A stretch of 64,000 nt of DNA from Candidatus Delongbacteria bacterium (lineage in GTDB: Bacteria; CAIWAD01), in the NCBI GenBank assembly GCA_963663545.1, contig OY760505.1, forward strand, positions 1,504,001 to 1,568,000. Reading direction: 5' to 3'. The position numbers and the translations under genes are program-made. The notes beneath the pieces were generated by a model that did no database searches, was not told where the DNA came from, and saw only the letters and a list, made by a program, of their open reading frames with translations. Below, piece by piece: positions 20,111 through 29,740 of the stretch; positions within the stretch are counted from its first letter, which is position 1, and the number at the start of each line of letters is the position of its first letter.

Positions 20111-21783
20111 AGTTTCGCCCGACCCTGCTACTGCTGTGCCTGCTGCCGCTGATGCTCCTGCTTGGCGCGTCACAGGATCAGGATCGCCAGGAATACATCA
20201 AAGACGTTCGCACCAGCCTCAAGCGCTTCGGCGAAGTCTACCGGCAGCTCAGTTTCCGCTATGTGGACCAGATTGATCCCGAGGCGGGCATTGAAGCCGC
20301 CATTCGTGGTCTGATGCACGAGCTGGACCCCTACACAGATTACTTCGTCGAGGAGGAAGCGCGCGATCTGGACGAGATGTCCCAGGGCGAATACGGAGGC
20401 ATTGGTGCCGAAGTGGGACAACGCGGCAGCGACAAGCGTGTTACAATCATCAGTCCCTTCGACGATTCACCCGCTGACAAAGTGGGTTTGCGCGCCGGAG
20501 ATATCATCGACGCCGTCGATGGCGTCAGCACACTGGACCGCTCATTGAGCGAAGTTGTCGGCGAGATTAAAGGCCCTCGCGGCACTAAGGTCACGCTGAG
20601 CATCTTGCGCGCCGGCTGGTCCAAGGCTGTGGACTACACTCTCACCCGCGACGTGATCGTGATACGCGACGTGCGTTACGCGGGCATAGTGGACGAGGAT
20701 CAGGCCCTTGGCTACGTGCGTCTCACGCGCTTTTCGGGCAAGGCTTCTGAAAGCCTGAGCGAGGCGATCGAAGGGCTGAAGGCTCAGGGCATGCGCGGAC
20801 TCATTCTGGATCTGCGTGGCAACCCAGGCGGTCTCTTGCGCGAGGCAGGGGATGTGGCCGACCTGTTCCTGGAGCCCGGCCTGCCCATCGTGGACACGCG
20901 CGACCGCCAGGGCAATGTTGAAAAGGACATTCGCTCCGAGCATGAACCCGTTTTCGACGGCCCGCTACTGGTGATGATTGATGGCAGCAGTGCCAGTGCC
21001 AGCGAGATTGTCGCCGGTGCCCTGCAGGATCACGACCGCGCCGTGGTACTGGGCACCAACAGCTATGGCAAAGGTCTGGTCCAGAGCGTGTACACCATTG
21101 ATGATGACGCTCGCCTGAAACTAACCACCGCACGCTACTACCTGCCTAGTGGCCGACTAATCCAACGCATCGACTACTTCGAAAACAATGATGTGTTGAA
21201 TCACGTGGAAACCGCCAGTCTGCTTAGCGACAGCCTCTTCGTAACTGACGATGGACGTCCAGTAGTGGGCGGTCGCGGCATTCAGCCTGATCTCGAAGTG
21301 AAGTACGAGCCGACACCGTGGTTTGTCAGTGAACTGTGGCGCGCCGGTCTGTTCACCAATTTCCTCGCAGACGCAAAACCCGCCCTCAAGCCAACGGCAG
21401 AAGTAGATGCGCACATGCTGAAACGCTTCCACGAATTTGTGCTGGCCACCGAGCAGGAGTTCGACACTCCCGGCAGCAAAGAGTTGGAAGACCTGGCGAC
21501 GCTGATCGAGCGCGAGCAACTTGGCGAAACGGCAAGCACTGCCCTTGAAGAGCTTCGTTCGGCCATGGGCGGTGATACACAGGCTCAACTCGAGCAGAAC
21601 GAAAACTGGCTGATCAAGATGCTGACCCTCGAGCAAGCCGAGCGCCGTGGCGGAAGCGAAGAACGCGCCAAGGCCAGCCTGCTTTTTGATGCTCAATTCG
21701 ACCGTGCGGTCCAGCTGCTGAATTCCGACGGTGAATTCCGCGCGCTGTTATCGGCCCCTGTGGAGCGCGCGGACATTGATTGA
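20107..21783 (+). CDS. S41 carboxy-terminal processing protease (PDZ)
   Basis: LDPYT, DLRGNPGG, SASASEIVAGALQD, GKGLVQ. Confidence 0.92.
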   Translation: MKFRPTLLLLCLLPLMLLLGASQDQDRQEYIKDVRTSLKRFGEVYRQLSFRYVDQIDPEAGIEAAIRGLMHELDPYTDYFVEEEARDLDEMSQGEYGGIGAEVGQRGSDKRVTIISPFDDSPADKVGLRAGDIIDAVDGVSTLDRSLSEVVGEIKGPRGTKVTLSILRAGWSKAVDYTLTRDVIVIRDVRYAGIVDEDQALGYVRLTRFSGKASESLSEAIEGLKAQGMRGLILDLRGNPGGLLREAGDVADLFLEPGLPIVDTRDRQGNVEKDIRSEHEPVFDGPLLVMIDGSSASASEIVAGALQDHDRAVVLGTNSYGKGLVQSVYTIDDDARLKLTTARYYLPSGRLIQRIDYFENNDVLNHVETASLLSDSLFVTDDGRPVVGGRGIQPDLEVKYEPTPWFVSELWRAGLFTNFLADAKPALKPTAEVDAHMLKRFHEFVLATEQEFDTPGSKELEDLATLIEREQLGETASTALEELRSAMGGDTQAQLEQNENWLIKMLTLEQAERRGGSEERAKASLLFDAQFDRAVQLLNSDGEFRALLSAPVERADID

Positions 21784-22459
21784 TTCAGCACTCTCGCAAG
21801 CACCTGTCTTCTTCACCGACTTTGACGGGACAATAACGAACCGTGATACGCTGGTCGCTCTGCTGGATCACTACGCCGACCCCAAAAGATGTGGCTGTGA
21901 CTGGCGCGATATCGAGTTCGACCCCACCCGCCCCGAAGTCGACAAGTTGCAGGCCGAACTCGATCTGCTCAACTGCTCGCTTCCAGAAGCACTGGCCTTC
22001 ATTGACAAAGAGATCCGTCTGCGCTCCGGTTTCCTGAGCTGCGCGCGCCGTTTGGCGGAACAGAAGATCCCGCTGATCGTGCTTTCCGGCGGACTGCTGC
22101 CCCTGATTCATCACGTTCTGGACCCGCTTGAACTGGACAACCTGCAGATCTTCGCCAACGATCTGCGAATCGATAACGGTCGATGGTTGGCCACGCGGCC
22201 CGATCTGCCTCGCAGCGGCAAGAGCTGCAATCACTGCAAGAGCTGGCACTTGCGCCAACTTACAGGACAGAGCCGCTTGCGCATCTACGCTGGCGACGGA
22301 AGTACGGACTTCTGCGCTGCCGGTCTTGCCGATGTGGTTTTCGCTCGTGATACACTGGCTACTCATTTTCACCGCACGGAGAGGCGCTACCAACGCTTCC
22401 GTGACTGGCACGATGTGACACAATATCTCGTGAGTCACGAGATTCTTGCCTCTGACTGA
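21776..22459 (+). CDS. MtnX-like HAD-IB phosphatase
   Basis: DFDGTIT, LSGG, CK, GDGSTD; start uncertain. Confidence 0.8.
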   Translation: MIDSALSQAPVFFTDFDGTITNRDTLVALLDHYADPKRCGCDWRDIEFDPTRPEVDKLQAELDLLNCSLPEALAFIDKEIRLRSGFLSCARRLAEQKIPLIVLSGGLLPLIHHVLDPLELDNLQIFANDLRIDNGRWLATRPDLPRSGKSCNHCKSWHLRQLTGQSRLRIYAGDGSTDFCAAGLADVVFARDTLATHFHRTERRYQRFRDWHDVTQYLVSHEILASD

Positions 22460-22475
22460 TTTCCCCGGAGATTCA

Positions 22476-23612
22476 ATGCGTTTCAACACAACCGCCATTC
22501 ATGCAGGCCAGCAGCCGGACCCCCACCACGGCGCGGTTTGCGTTCCTGTAATACAAAGCACGACGTTTGCCCAGCACGCTCCAGGAAAGCCCTTTGGCGA
22601 CTATGACTACACTCGCGCTGGCAACCCGACGCGAACCGCGTTGGAAACCAATCTGGCGGCGCTTGAGGGCGGAAGTCACTGTCGCGTGTTCTCTTCTGGC
22701 TTGTCGGCGCTCCAAGCCTTGACCACCCTTCTCAGCCAGGGCGATCACGCCATCTGCAGTCGCGACTGCTATGGCGGCACATGGCGGCTGCTGAGTCAGC
22801 TTGTATCACGCTGGGGAGTGGAGATCAGTTTTATCGACACGACCCTTTTGGATTCTGTGATACAGGCCATCAGACCTACCACGAAATTGATCTTCGTCGA
22901 GACTCCCACTAATCCGCTGATGCGCCTATCGGATATTGCCGCGCTGGCGGATTTGGCTCACGCGCACAACTTGCTGCTGGCAGTGGACAACACCTTCTCC
23001 ACGCCCTACTTCCAGAGACCCCTGGAGCTTGGTGCGGACATTGTGTTACACTCCTGCACCAAGTACCTGGGCGGCCACAGCGATCTGCTGGCGGGCGCGC
23101 TGATCACGTCCTCGGCAAAACTGGATGAGGCCTTCTTCTTTGCGCAAAAGAGCATCGGTGCCGTTCCCGGGCCCTCCGATTGTGCACTGCTTCTTCGTTC
23201 CACCAAGACCCTGGGCGTGCGAATGGAACGTCACTACGACAACGCCCTGCGCATCGCTCACTGGCTGCAGGAGCATGATGCCGTGACACACGTCTACTAT
23301 CCCGGCCTGCCTGAGCATCCGCAGTTTGAGTTGGCTCACCGCCAGATGCGAGGCTTCGGAGGCATGCTTTCCTGCGAGCTGCGTGATACAGATACCGCCC
23401 TGCGTTTCTGCTCTTCGCTGCACTTGTTCACCCTGGCTGAAAGCCTTGGCGGAGTGGAGAGCCTGGTGAATCACCCCACCACCATGACTCATGCTTCGTT
23501 GCCACCCGCCTATCGCGCCGAGATTGGTCTGGGCGACAACCTGGTGCGCTTGTCGGTGGGCATTGAAGATTTGGAGGATCTGTTGGAAGATCTTGCTGCT
23601 GCGCTTCAGTAG
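22476..23612 (+). CDS. Cystathionine gamma-synthase/lyase (Cys/Met PLP family)
   Basis: YTRAGNPT, ETPTNP, DNTF, SCTKYLGGHSD, AESLGGVESL. Confidence 0.9.
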   Translation: MRFNTTAIHAGQQPDPHHGAVCVPVIQSTTFAQHAPGKPFGDYDYTRAGNPTRTALETNLAALEGGSHCRVFSSGLSALQALTTLLSQGDHAICSRDCYGGTWRLLSQLVSRWGVEISFIDTTLLDSVIQAIRPTTKLIFVETPTNPLMRLSDIAALADLAHAHNLLLAVDNTFSTPYFQRPLELGADIVLHSCTKYLGGHSDLLAGALITSSAKLDEAFFFAQKSIGAVPGPSDCALLLRSTKTLGVRMERHYDNALRIAHWLQEHDAVTHVYYPGLPEHPQFELAHRQMRGFGGMLSCELRDTDTALRFCSSLHLFTLAESLGGVESLVNHPTTMTHASLPPAYRAEIGLGDNLVRLSVGIEDLEDLLEDLAAALQ

Positions 23613-23684
23613 CAGTTGTGATACAGACCGCGAAGGCCTGCGTTTGGTAAGTTGCCGCGGTTGATTCATTCCAAGGGAGACCAC

Positions 23685-24440
23685 ATGAGCGAGAATACCT
23701 GGAGTACCAAAATCACCAAGACCGGCGCGGGCGAACTGCGCGTGCGCGGCTACGACATTACACAGATGATCGGCAAACTGAGTTTTGCCCAGATCGTATT
23801 CCTCATTCTTAAGGGCGAGCTGCCCACGGAAGCGGAGGCACGCATGATCGAAGGTATGCTGGTCAGCAGTATCGATCACGGCATCACACCGCCTTCCAAC
23901 CTGGCGGCACGCACGGTAATGAGCGGTGGAAACAGCCTGAACACGGCTGTAGCAGCAGGCATCATGACCATTGGCGACAGCCACGGCGGCGCCATCGAGC
24001 AGTGCGCGCGCATACTGCAAGCAGCCGTCAGCGCCGGCAAGGATGCGCCTACTGTCGTTGAGGAAGCCAAGGCAGCCAAGCTGCGCATTCCCGGCTTCGG
24101 CCATCGCATTCACGCCCGCGATCCACGCACCGAGGCGCTCTTCGCGCTGGCGGACGAGTGTGGCTTCACCGGCCCGCACATCAAGCTGGCTCGCGGTATC
24201 ATGGAAGAACTGGAGCGCGGCACGGACAAAAAGCTGCCCGTCAACGTCGACGGTGCCATTGCCGCCATCATCAGCGAGATGGGCTTCGATTGGCGCCTGG
24301 GCAAGGGCTTCTTCATCATCGCCCGTACGCCCGGCCTGGTGGCTCACGTCTTCGAGGAATGGACGACCCAGAAGCCGATGCGCAAGCTGGGTCCTCTTGG
24401 CGGTGTCTACGATGGAGCGCCGGATCGGGATCTGCCCTAG
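23685..24440 (+). CDS. Citryl-CoA lyase / short citrate-synthase-fold protein
   Basis: DHGITPPS, HGGA, PGFGHR, NVDGA; about 250 aa. Confidence 0.8.
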   Translation: MSENTWSTKITKTGAGELRVRGYDITQMIGKLSFAQIVFLILKGELPTEAEARMIEGMLVSSIDHGITPPSNLAARTVMSGGNSLNTAVAAGIMTIGDSHGGAIEQCARILQAAVSAGKDAPTVVEEAKAAKLRIPGFGHRIHARDPRTEALFALADECGFTGPHIKLARGIMEELERGTDKKLPVNVDGAIAAIISEMGFDWRLGKGFFIIARTPGLVAHVFEEWTTQKPMRKLGPLGGVYDGAPDRDLP

Positions 24441-24472
24441 CAATCAGCTGGGCTGGGTAAGAATCACAAGCA

Positions 24473-24494
24473 AAGGGGCGCGCGAGCGCCCCTT
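24473..24494. terminator. Hairpin between convergent genes
   Basis: AAGGGGCGC-gcga-GCGCCCCTT. Confidence 0.7.
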
Positions 24495-24545
24495 GTTGTA
24501 GACGATGAGTTTGTAGGATATCCCGCCCACTAAGTTCAGGCAGAA

Positions 24546-25514
24546 TCAGCGTTCTGCGATGCCGATGTGTATGGCTCTGGAATCAATTAATGTGTGATAC
24601 ATCTCCGCCATGTCCAATGGCAGAAAGCTTTGATCGATCCGATCGTGCCAGCGTGATACACAGCGGGCGAATCGTGAGAACAGGTTCTCGATAGCTCGCG
24701 CATCCAGCGTCACACCTTTCATCGCCTGCTCAAAGTCTGAACGCCGCAATTTGCGTCTCTTCCCATTCAGCGTGAGCGCCAACTCCTCTTTATCCCCCTC
24801 GACAACAAGCGTGGAGGCGATCAGATCATAGGCAGGGCTTAGAGCATATCCGCGATCCGGGTCCTTGAACAGCGAGAAATTCTTCATGTGCATGTCGTTG
24901 TTCCCAGTGAGGTAGCTGAACACAACCTGCTCATAGAAGACAATCGCGTCGAAGCCGGGATTAGTGGAGTTCTGCACAATGGCTCGGGCAATCTGTTCGT
25001 AGGAACCGCGGTACTTGGCCTCAGTAAGTCGACCGGTCAGCTGGCACATATCCTCCATGTGATACATCCGTTTGCCTTCCCGATCAATCCGCCTTGTCAG
25101 GTAACACAGCTCACCGGAGGCCAGGCGAATCAGCGTATGCGGCACTGTGCTTATTCCCGCGTCCTCAGCCAGATGCATGCTGAGGTCTTCCAACTCAGGA
25201 AGACTGCGATAGACCAAGCTGGGCGGCTTGAGAATATAGCCACCCAGAACACCTACCAGAGTAAGCTTCTGATGTTGCGTCTTTGTATCACCAGACCCCA
25301 TTCCCAGTGAGAGCTTGGCCTGAACACCGGGAATGGTGACTTGAGTTTGTATCACCTGAGTGGCAAGCTCGTGCATCTGATCAAGTGAGTATTCCAGAAC
25401 GGGCTGCACCTTCTTGCCAAAGAACGCCCTGCTGCATTTCGAATGGAAGTCGGTTTCGGTGACGTCCAAGTCCTGGTAACAGAACAAGCATTTCTTGTTA
25501 CTCATCATCGCCAC
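24546..25514 (-). CDS. HipA-family kinase (C-terminal domain only, HipT-like)
   Basis: TIPGVQAK, HMEDMCQL, GNNDMHMKNFS, LSPAYD. Confidence 0.9.
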   Translation of the reverse strand: MAMMSNKKCLFCYQDLDVTETDFHSKCSRAFFGKKVQPVLEYSLDQMHELATQVIQTQVTIPGVQAKLSLGMGSGDTKTQHQKLTLVGVLGGYILKPPSLVYRSLPELEDLSMHLAEDAGISTVPHTLIRLASGELCYLTRRIDREGKRMYHMEDMCQLTGRLTEAKYRGSYEQIARAIVQNSTNPGFDAIVFYEQVVFSYLTGNNDMHMKNFSLFKDPDRGYALSPAYDLIASTLVVEGDKEELALTLNGKRRKLRRSDFEQAMKGVTLDARAIENLFSRFARCVSRWHDRIDQSFLPLDMAEMYHTLIDSRAIHIGIAER

Positions 25515-25830
25515 CTGGCATCGCTTCGATACTCACGGCGCCAATGCAGTCCCGGCAAGTCACCAGCAGAAGTCCCATGCGATCACGCACATCCAGCTTC
25601 CAGTTTCGCTCAGCGATATCCAGCAGCCAGCCTTCGGGAATCAATCCATCGAAGAAGGAAAAGAGCACATTGCTGTGATACACTTCTTCCTGCAAGGGAA
25701 GTGTCAAGCTGACTGCCTCGGCCCTGGGTGTAGCTAAATACTCACTCGCATATTTGAAGTGGTAACCATTTTCATCCTCTACCAGCTCACCCGCTGGCAG
25801 ACCGTGCATGAGTACTCTAGCGTTTCTCAT
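25498..25830 (-). CDS. HipA N-terminal domain protein (HipS-like)
   Basis: VSLTLP, FFDGLIPEGW, DCIGAV. Confidence 0.9.
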   Translation of the reverse strand: MRNARVLMHGLPAGELVEDENGYHFKYASEYLATPRAEAVSLTLPLQEEVYHSNVLFSFFDGLIPEGWLLDIAERNWKLDVRDRMGLLLVTCRDCIGAVSIEAMPGGDDE

Positions 25831-26041
25831 TGATCAGCTCATCTCTATCCACCGGCACCTGCCCAAGTTTGTGCCCAAACAGCAAAAGCACCTGGTTCAC
25901 CTTATCCATCCGCAATGTGGCCTTCTCGCTCTCCAACTCGCGAAGAAATCGCAGACCAACACCTGCCTTGTCGGCCAAGCCCGGTTGTGTCAGGCCAAGC
26001 TCTTTGCGTCGTTCACGAACAAAACTGCCAAGTGATTGCAT
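25817..26041 (-). CDS. HipB-like HTH regulator
   Basis: RRKELGLTQPGLADKAGVGLRFLRELE. Confidence 0.88.
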   Translation of the reverse strand: MQSLGSFVRERRKELGLTQPGLADKAGVGLRFLRELESEKATLRMDKVNQVLLLFGHKLGQVPVDRDELINEKR

Positions 26042-26047
26042 ACTGAT

Positions 26048-26146
26048 AATCCCCTTTCGGGTACGAATCTAGGGAATTACGACGAATTATACCTGCTCGG
26101 GTACGAAGTCACGACATATTGTAAGATATATCCCTATCGGGTACAA
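26048..26146. promoter_or_regulatory. Three imperfect palindromic operators upstream of hipB
   Basis: TCGGGTAC at 26057, 26097 and 26137 (exact 40-bp period), each preceded by a C-rich (TACC/TCCC-like) half-site. Confidence 0.6.
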
Positions 26147-26342
26147 TTTCTAGTTCGCTCGGGCTGTTCTGCGCCACAAGATCGGAAGGTCATTGCGGCT
26201 CAGTCTTTCGGGAGCTCGCATAGGTGCGTTGCAAAGTCTGTAGCTGGTTCGTTTTGATCCCGTTGAGTTCGCATAGGAAAGCACTACGCCGACGATCCCA
26301 GCTCCGAGATTCGGTTATAAATCTCTGAATAACAACAGGTAC

Positions 26343-26612
26343 CTACTTCAACACCATCGCCCTCGTCACTGCCTGCGAGTTCGCGCCGCGCAAGCTGAAG
26401 ATGTAGTGCCCGCTTGCAAGACCCGATCCATCGAAGCTATAGTGATGTATGCCTGCCGGCTGATAGCCCAGGTGGCTTCGTCGCAGCTCCTGACCAAGTA
26501 GATTGTACACCGATAGCGATACATGCTGGGCCGACGCGAGCGCGTAGCTGAGAGTGGTGGACGGATTGAAGGGGTTCGGATAGACGCTGTGCAGTATAAT
26601 GCCCGACGGATG
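26343..26612 (-). pseudogene. Orphan secretion C-terminal domain remnant
   Basis: HPSGIILHSVYPNPFNPSTTLSY...VYNLLGQ...LASGHYIF...MVLK*, preceded by an in-frame TAG (26613-26615), no start codon. Confidence 0.7.
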
Positions 26613-26644
26613 CTAAGCAGTATTGTCTGATCTCCGGCTTAGCA

Positions 26645-27013
26645 CTACTTCGGGCTACGAAATCCATCAACAACCCAACACACAGACTTAAGGCCAATAT
26701 AAACAACGAAGTTCACCAAACAACAACCACCAATAACAAAGCTAACAGAAAACAACGACGGCCACTTCAGCAGTCAATACCCCACTCCCGATTGTCGATC
26801 ACGGAGTTCAGACTCGAAAGATTGTGGCGACTGTGAATGATATAACTCATCGGATCCTTCTATTTGCAGCGTCCAATACACGAACGGTGAATATGAGCAA
26901 TACGGTGTAGAGGAAACCTTGTAAAAAACGAATGAGGCTGACACGAGAATCTATAAAGCAGAAAACACTACAGCGATTCGCTGCAATCCGTTCAGTTCTC
27001 TATTGACCCACAT
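26645..27013 (-). pseudogene. Decayed two-TM membrane protein gene with two in-frame stops
   Basis: GGAGG RBS and ATG 27013; one frame of 123 codons interrupted by TAG (26951-53) and TGA (26774-76); ends WVVDGFRSPK*. Confidence 0.6.
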
Positions 27014-27370
27014 TACGTCCTCCCATAAATGAGCTGTTTGATTGTTCGGTCCAAGGGATTGTGTTCCATAGTGATGATATTTCAGCACTTAAAAATACTA
27101 CTCTGCAAAATCTGGGCAGATATCTGCTAACCCACCAATTGAATCATGCTAGCAATCACTGCGAGCTTGGCGAGATGTACTCTTGCTCTTCGCTTCTTTG
27201 GCGACCTGCGTGGCCAATGCTATGCGCTGAGTCAAGCAGACCTTTGCCGGTCTTGCGCATTCTTCTCATCCTCCTCGTCCAGAGGAGCAGCTCTTGAGCG
27301 GATCGGCGTTTCTCCGATACCGATACCGATCCAACTCGCAGAGTCGGCAGCGATACCGATCAAGGTAGGA

Positions 27371-27916
27371 TCAGTAGTTGTACTGCTCCAGCTGCTTCAG
27401 TTCCTCCAGGTAGAGCTGCTGCACATGGCCCGCCTGCTGCAGGATCTCCACCAGCCGCTCGGCTTGCTGCGGGTTCAAGCGCGGGTTGACCTTTTTGCTC
27501 GCACGCCGGTAGTCGGCCAGATCCAGCAGGAGTGCCGCCTGCTTGTTCTGCGAATTCACAAAGCCGAGGCGGATGCCCTGGAAGCCGTCGGTGGCTTCCA
27601 CACGCCAATCGCCCAAAAGCTGGTCGGCAATCTCGTGGCCAGCCGCGACGCTGTCCAACAGCGCTACGCCCTTTTGCAACGCCTCCACCAGAAGCGGCAG
27701 ATCGTAGGAAATGATGGCCGCCTGCACCTCGACACCAATCTCCGCGCCTTCGATCATCGCATTGCCCTCGGCATCCACAAAGGCGCGCAGGGTCACCTCA
27801 ACAATGGACTCACGAATGGGCGAAAACCAATAGCCGCCGGTCTCGCCCGGAAGCTGTTTCATGCCCGCCAACACGGTGCTTGCCAAAAACAGAATCAGCG
27901 CAAGTGTGGTTCTCAT
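27371..27916 (-). CDS. Hypothetical secreted protein
   Basis: AAGGAG RBS, signal peptide MRTTLALILFLASTVLA. Confidence 0.65.
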   Translation of the reverse strand: MRTTLALILFLASTVLAGMKQLPGETGGYWFSPIRESIVEVTLRAFVDAEGNAMIEGAEIGVEVQAAIISYDLPLLVEALQKGVALLDSVAAGHEIADQLLGDWRVEATDGFQGIRLGFVNSQNKQAALLLDLADYRRASKKVNPRLNPQQAERLVEILQQAGHVQQLYLEELKQLEQYNY

Positions 27917-28126
27917 CTCCAGCTCCTTGGTTGTGATAACAATATAGCGGCTCCCACACTCAAAGGAAGTGCGGAAGAGGGCGATGCGCAAACTCCGCCA
28001 ACCGTGACACAAAAAGCAAGGTGGGAGATTCTCTCGGAAGCGGCTAAAACACTTGCCTCACAGGGTGGAGGATCGTTACTATCAGGGCACGCTCACAGCA
28101 CCAGAGGATAGCAAGAGGAGGAAGCG

Positions 28127-28534
28127 ATGCTACGCGGGTCAGTTTTGGCAGCACTCCTGCTACTGTGTGTCACAGTTTGCCAGGCTTTTACTGTGTCACA
28201 CATCAGACTCAACCATGAACTTCAGGCCATCGCCATCGACAGTCTAGTCCAGCGTCTGGACCACAACCCCGTGCTACACTGCCATTGTCTGCGCGTTCAG
28301 CAAGAGCTGGAATTGCGTCACGAGCGCGGCGACTATCGCGAGCTGATGGATCCCGTGCTGTTTGCACAGCGCATTGGCAAAGACGTGACACATCTGCTGA
28401 TGAGTCGTCCCGTGCTGGATCAGCCCCTGCTGCTCTTCCGCCAGGAATTCATGCGCTATCAGCAACGGGAGCGGCATCCCGATCCCAGGGAGCTGGAATC
28501 CATCCTGGTGTTCGAGACACCACCGGAATCCTGA
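28127..28534 (+). CDS. Hypothetical secreted protein
   Basis: GAGGAGG RBS, signal peptide ending CQA. Confidence 0.6.
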   Translation: MLRGSVLAALLLLCVTVCQAFTVSHIRLNHELQAIAIDSLVQRLDHNPVLHCHCLRVQQELELRHERGDYRELMDPVLFAQRIGKDVTHLLMSRPVLDQPLLLFRQEFMRYQQRERHPDPRELESILVFETPPES

Positions 28535-28564
28535 TCTGCATTTGTATCACAATTCAAGAGCAAA

Positions 28565-28586
28565 AAACCCGCCGGAAGGCGGGTTT
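28565..28586. terminator. Bidirectional terminator
   Basis: AAACCCGCC-ggaa-GGCGGGTTT with A/T tracts on both sides. Confidence 0.8.
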
Positions 28587-28609
28587 CATTTTGTATCACA
28601 ATCAATCGA

Positions 28610-29740
28610 TCAATGCAGTCGATAGCGCAGTGCGAGCCCCCAGCGTAGCACATAAAAATCCTTCAGCTCCGCCAGGCCCTCGTAGGGGCCTTCTGTAACA
28701 CGCCACTCACGTTCAATCATGGGAGTCACGCTTAGCTGATCCAACACGTCCCAGCGCGCCGAAAAGGCCAGCAGGTAACGGCGATCGTGACGACCAGAAT
28801 GAAGGGGATCATCCAGCTCCGTCATCTCGCTCTGATACCAGCGGTCGCGCAGTGTGAAATCCAGACCCAGCGGCAGCTCGCGCTTCCACCAGGATAGTGG
28901 CAGGTCGTAGCCAAGCGACAAGTTGTAGCGATCTTCTTCGTTGCTGCCATCACCGCCCTCGTCGTCCTCGCCGGGAAGAATGGGCGTGATACGCGTTGGA
29001 TCGTAACCCACGTTGTCATTCACCGTATAGCGGTACTCCACGGCCACATCCACGTCGGCCGGCATGCGCCAGGAGAATTCAGCGCCCAGCGACCAACTCT
29101 CGGTGTCGTACTCGGTGAACCACTCGTTGTACCAGGTGTCCTCCAGCATCCAGCTCAGCTCCAGTCCGGGACGCTGCAGCCAGGGGCCGAAGTCGTTAGC
29201 ACGGGCACGGGCGCGAAGGCGGAACTGGTTGCTATCGAAAGTACAACCGCGTGTCTCGCCTGTATCACGGTCGTTGAACTGCCGCAGATAGAAATTGTCC
29301 AGATAGAGATAGCTGAAATCGACGCCCCAACCTGCACGCGGACGCCATCCTGCTATCAGCTGACTGCTACTGTAGCCGTTGGCCGAGCTGGACTCGTACT
29401 GCACGAGCTTGCCGTACCAGTCGAATTCCAGGCGGCCGCGGCCCGCACGGGAACCGGTGACCTTCTGCAACCAGGCGGCCAGGCCCTCTTTCGAGTGCAA
29501 CGGCAGGTTGTAGCCAGCGTGCACGCGGTGCTCGAACTTGAGCGCGGCGGCGCCTTCCACGTCCGTCTGAAATCCGGGATCCGCATCCAGGCGATCCATC
29601 TCGCTGTCGGACAGACGCAGGACGTTGTCGTCGGCCAGTACCCGCTCCTCCAGATCCAGCGACCAGTCAATTCCGGCGGCCGTGAGTCGGGAAGCTAACA
29701 GGCTGAGGCACAGAAGCGGCAGCATCCTCTGCATGGGCAT
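28610..29740 (-). CDS. Putative outer-membrane beta-barrel protein (last gene of pgs operon)
   Basis: Signal peptide, alternating aromatic/polar strands, ends WGLALRYRLH; TGATG-coupled to the upstream gene. Confidence 0.6.
   Translation of the reverse strand: MPMQRMLPLLCLSLLASRLTAAGIDWSLDLEERVLADDNVLRLSDSEMDRLDADPGFQTDVEGAAALKFEHRVHAGYNLPLHSKEGLAAWLQKVTGSRAGRGRLEFDWYGKLVQYESSSANGYSSSQLIAGWRPRAGWGVDFSYLYLDNFYLRQFNDRDTGETRGCTFDSNQFRLRARARANDFGPWLQRPGLELSWMLEDTWYNEWFTEYDTESWSLGAEFSWRMPADVDVAVEYRYTVNDNVGYDPTRITPILPGEDDEGGDGSNEEDRYNLSLGYDLPLSWWKRELPLGLDFTLRDRWYQSEMTELDDPLHSGRHDRRYLLAFSARWDVLDQLSVTPMIEREWRVTEGPYEGLAELKDFYVLRWGLALRYRLH

Noticed and set aside
23046..24443. Long antisense ORFs (also 27146-28111, 30645-31859, 42953-43996, 46572-47567)
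   Set aside because: These are shadows of well-supported genes on the opposite strand, typical of GC-rich codon usage, with no recognisable motifs.
26048..26146. 40-bp periodic repeat as a mini CRISPR array
   Set aside because: The conserved core is only about 8-10 bp, there are three units and no cas genes; the position upstream of hipB fits operators.
26645..27013. Stop-codon recoding (Sec/Pyl or alternative code)
   Set aside because: Two different stops occur in one frame, and TAG and TGA terminate many normal genes in the window; decay is the simpler explanation.
27314..27362. Short CGATAC/CGATACCGATC repeats
   Set aside because: Only 2-3 short copies, partly forming a hairpin after a gene end; nothing supports a distinct element.
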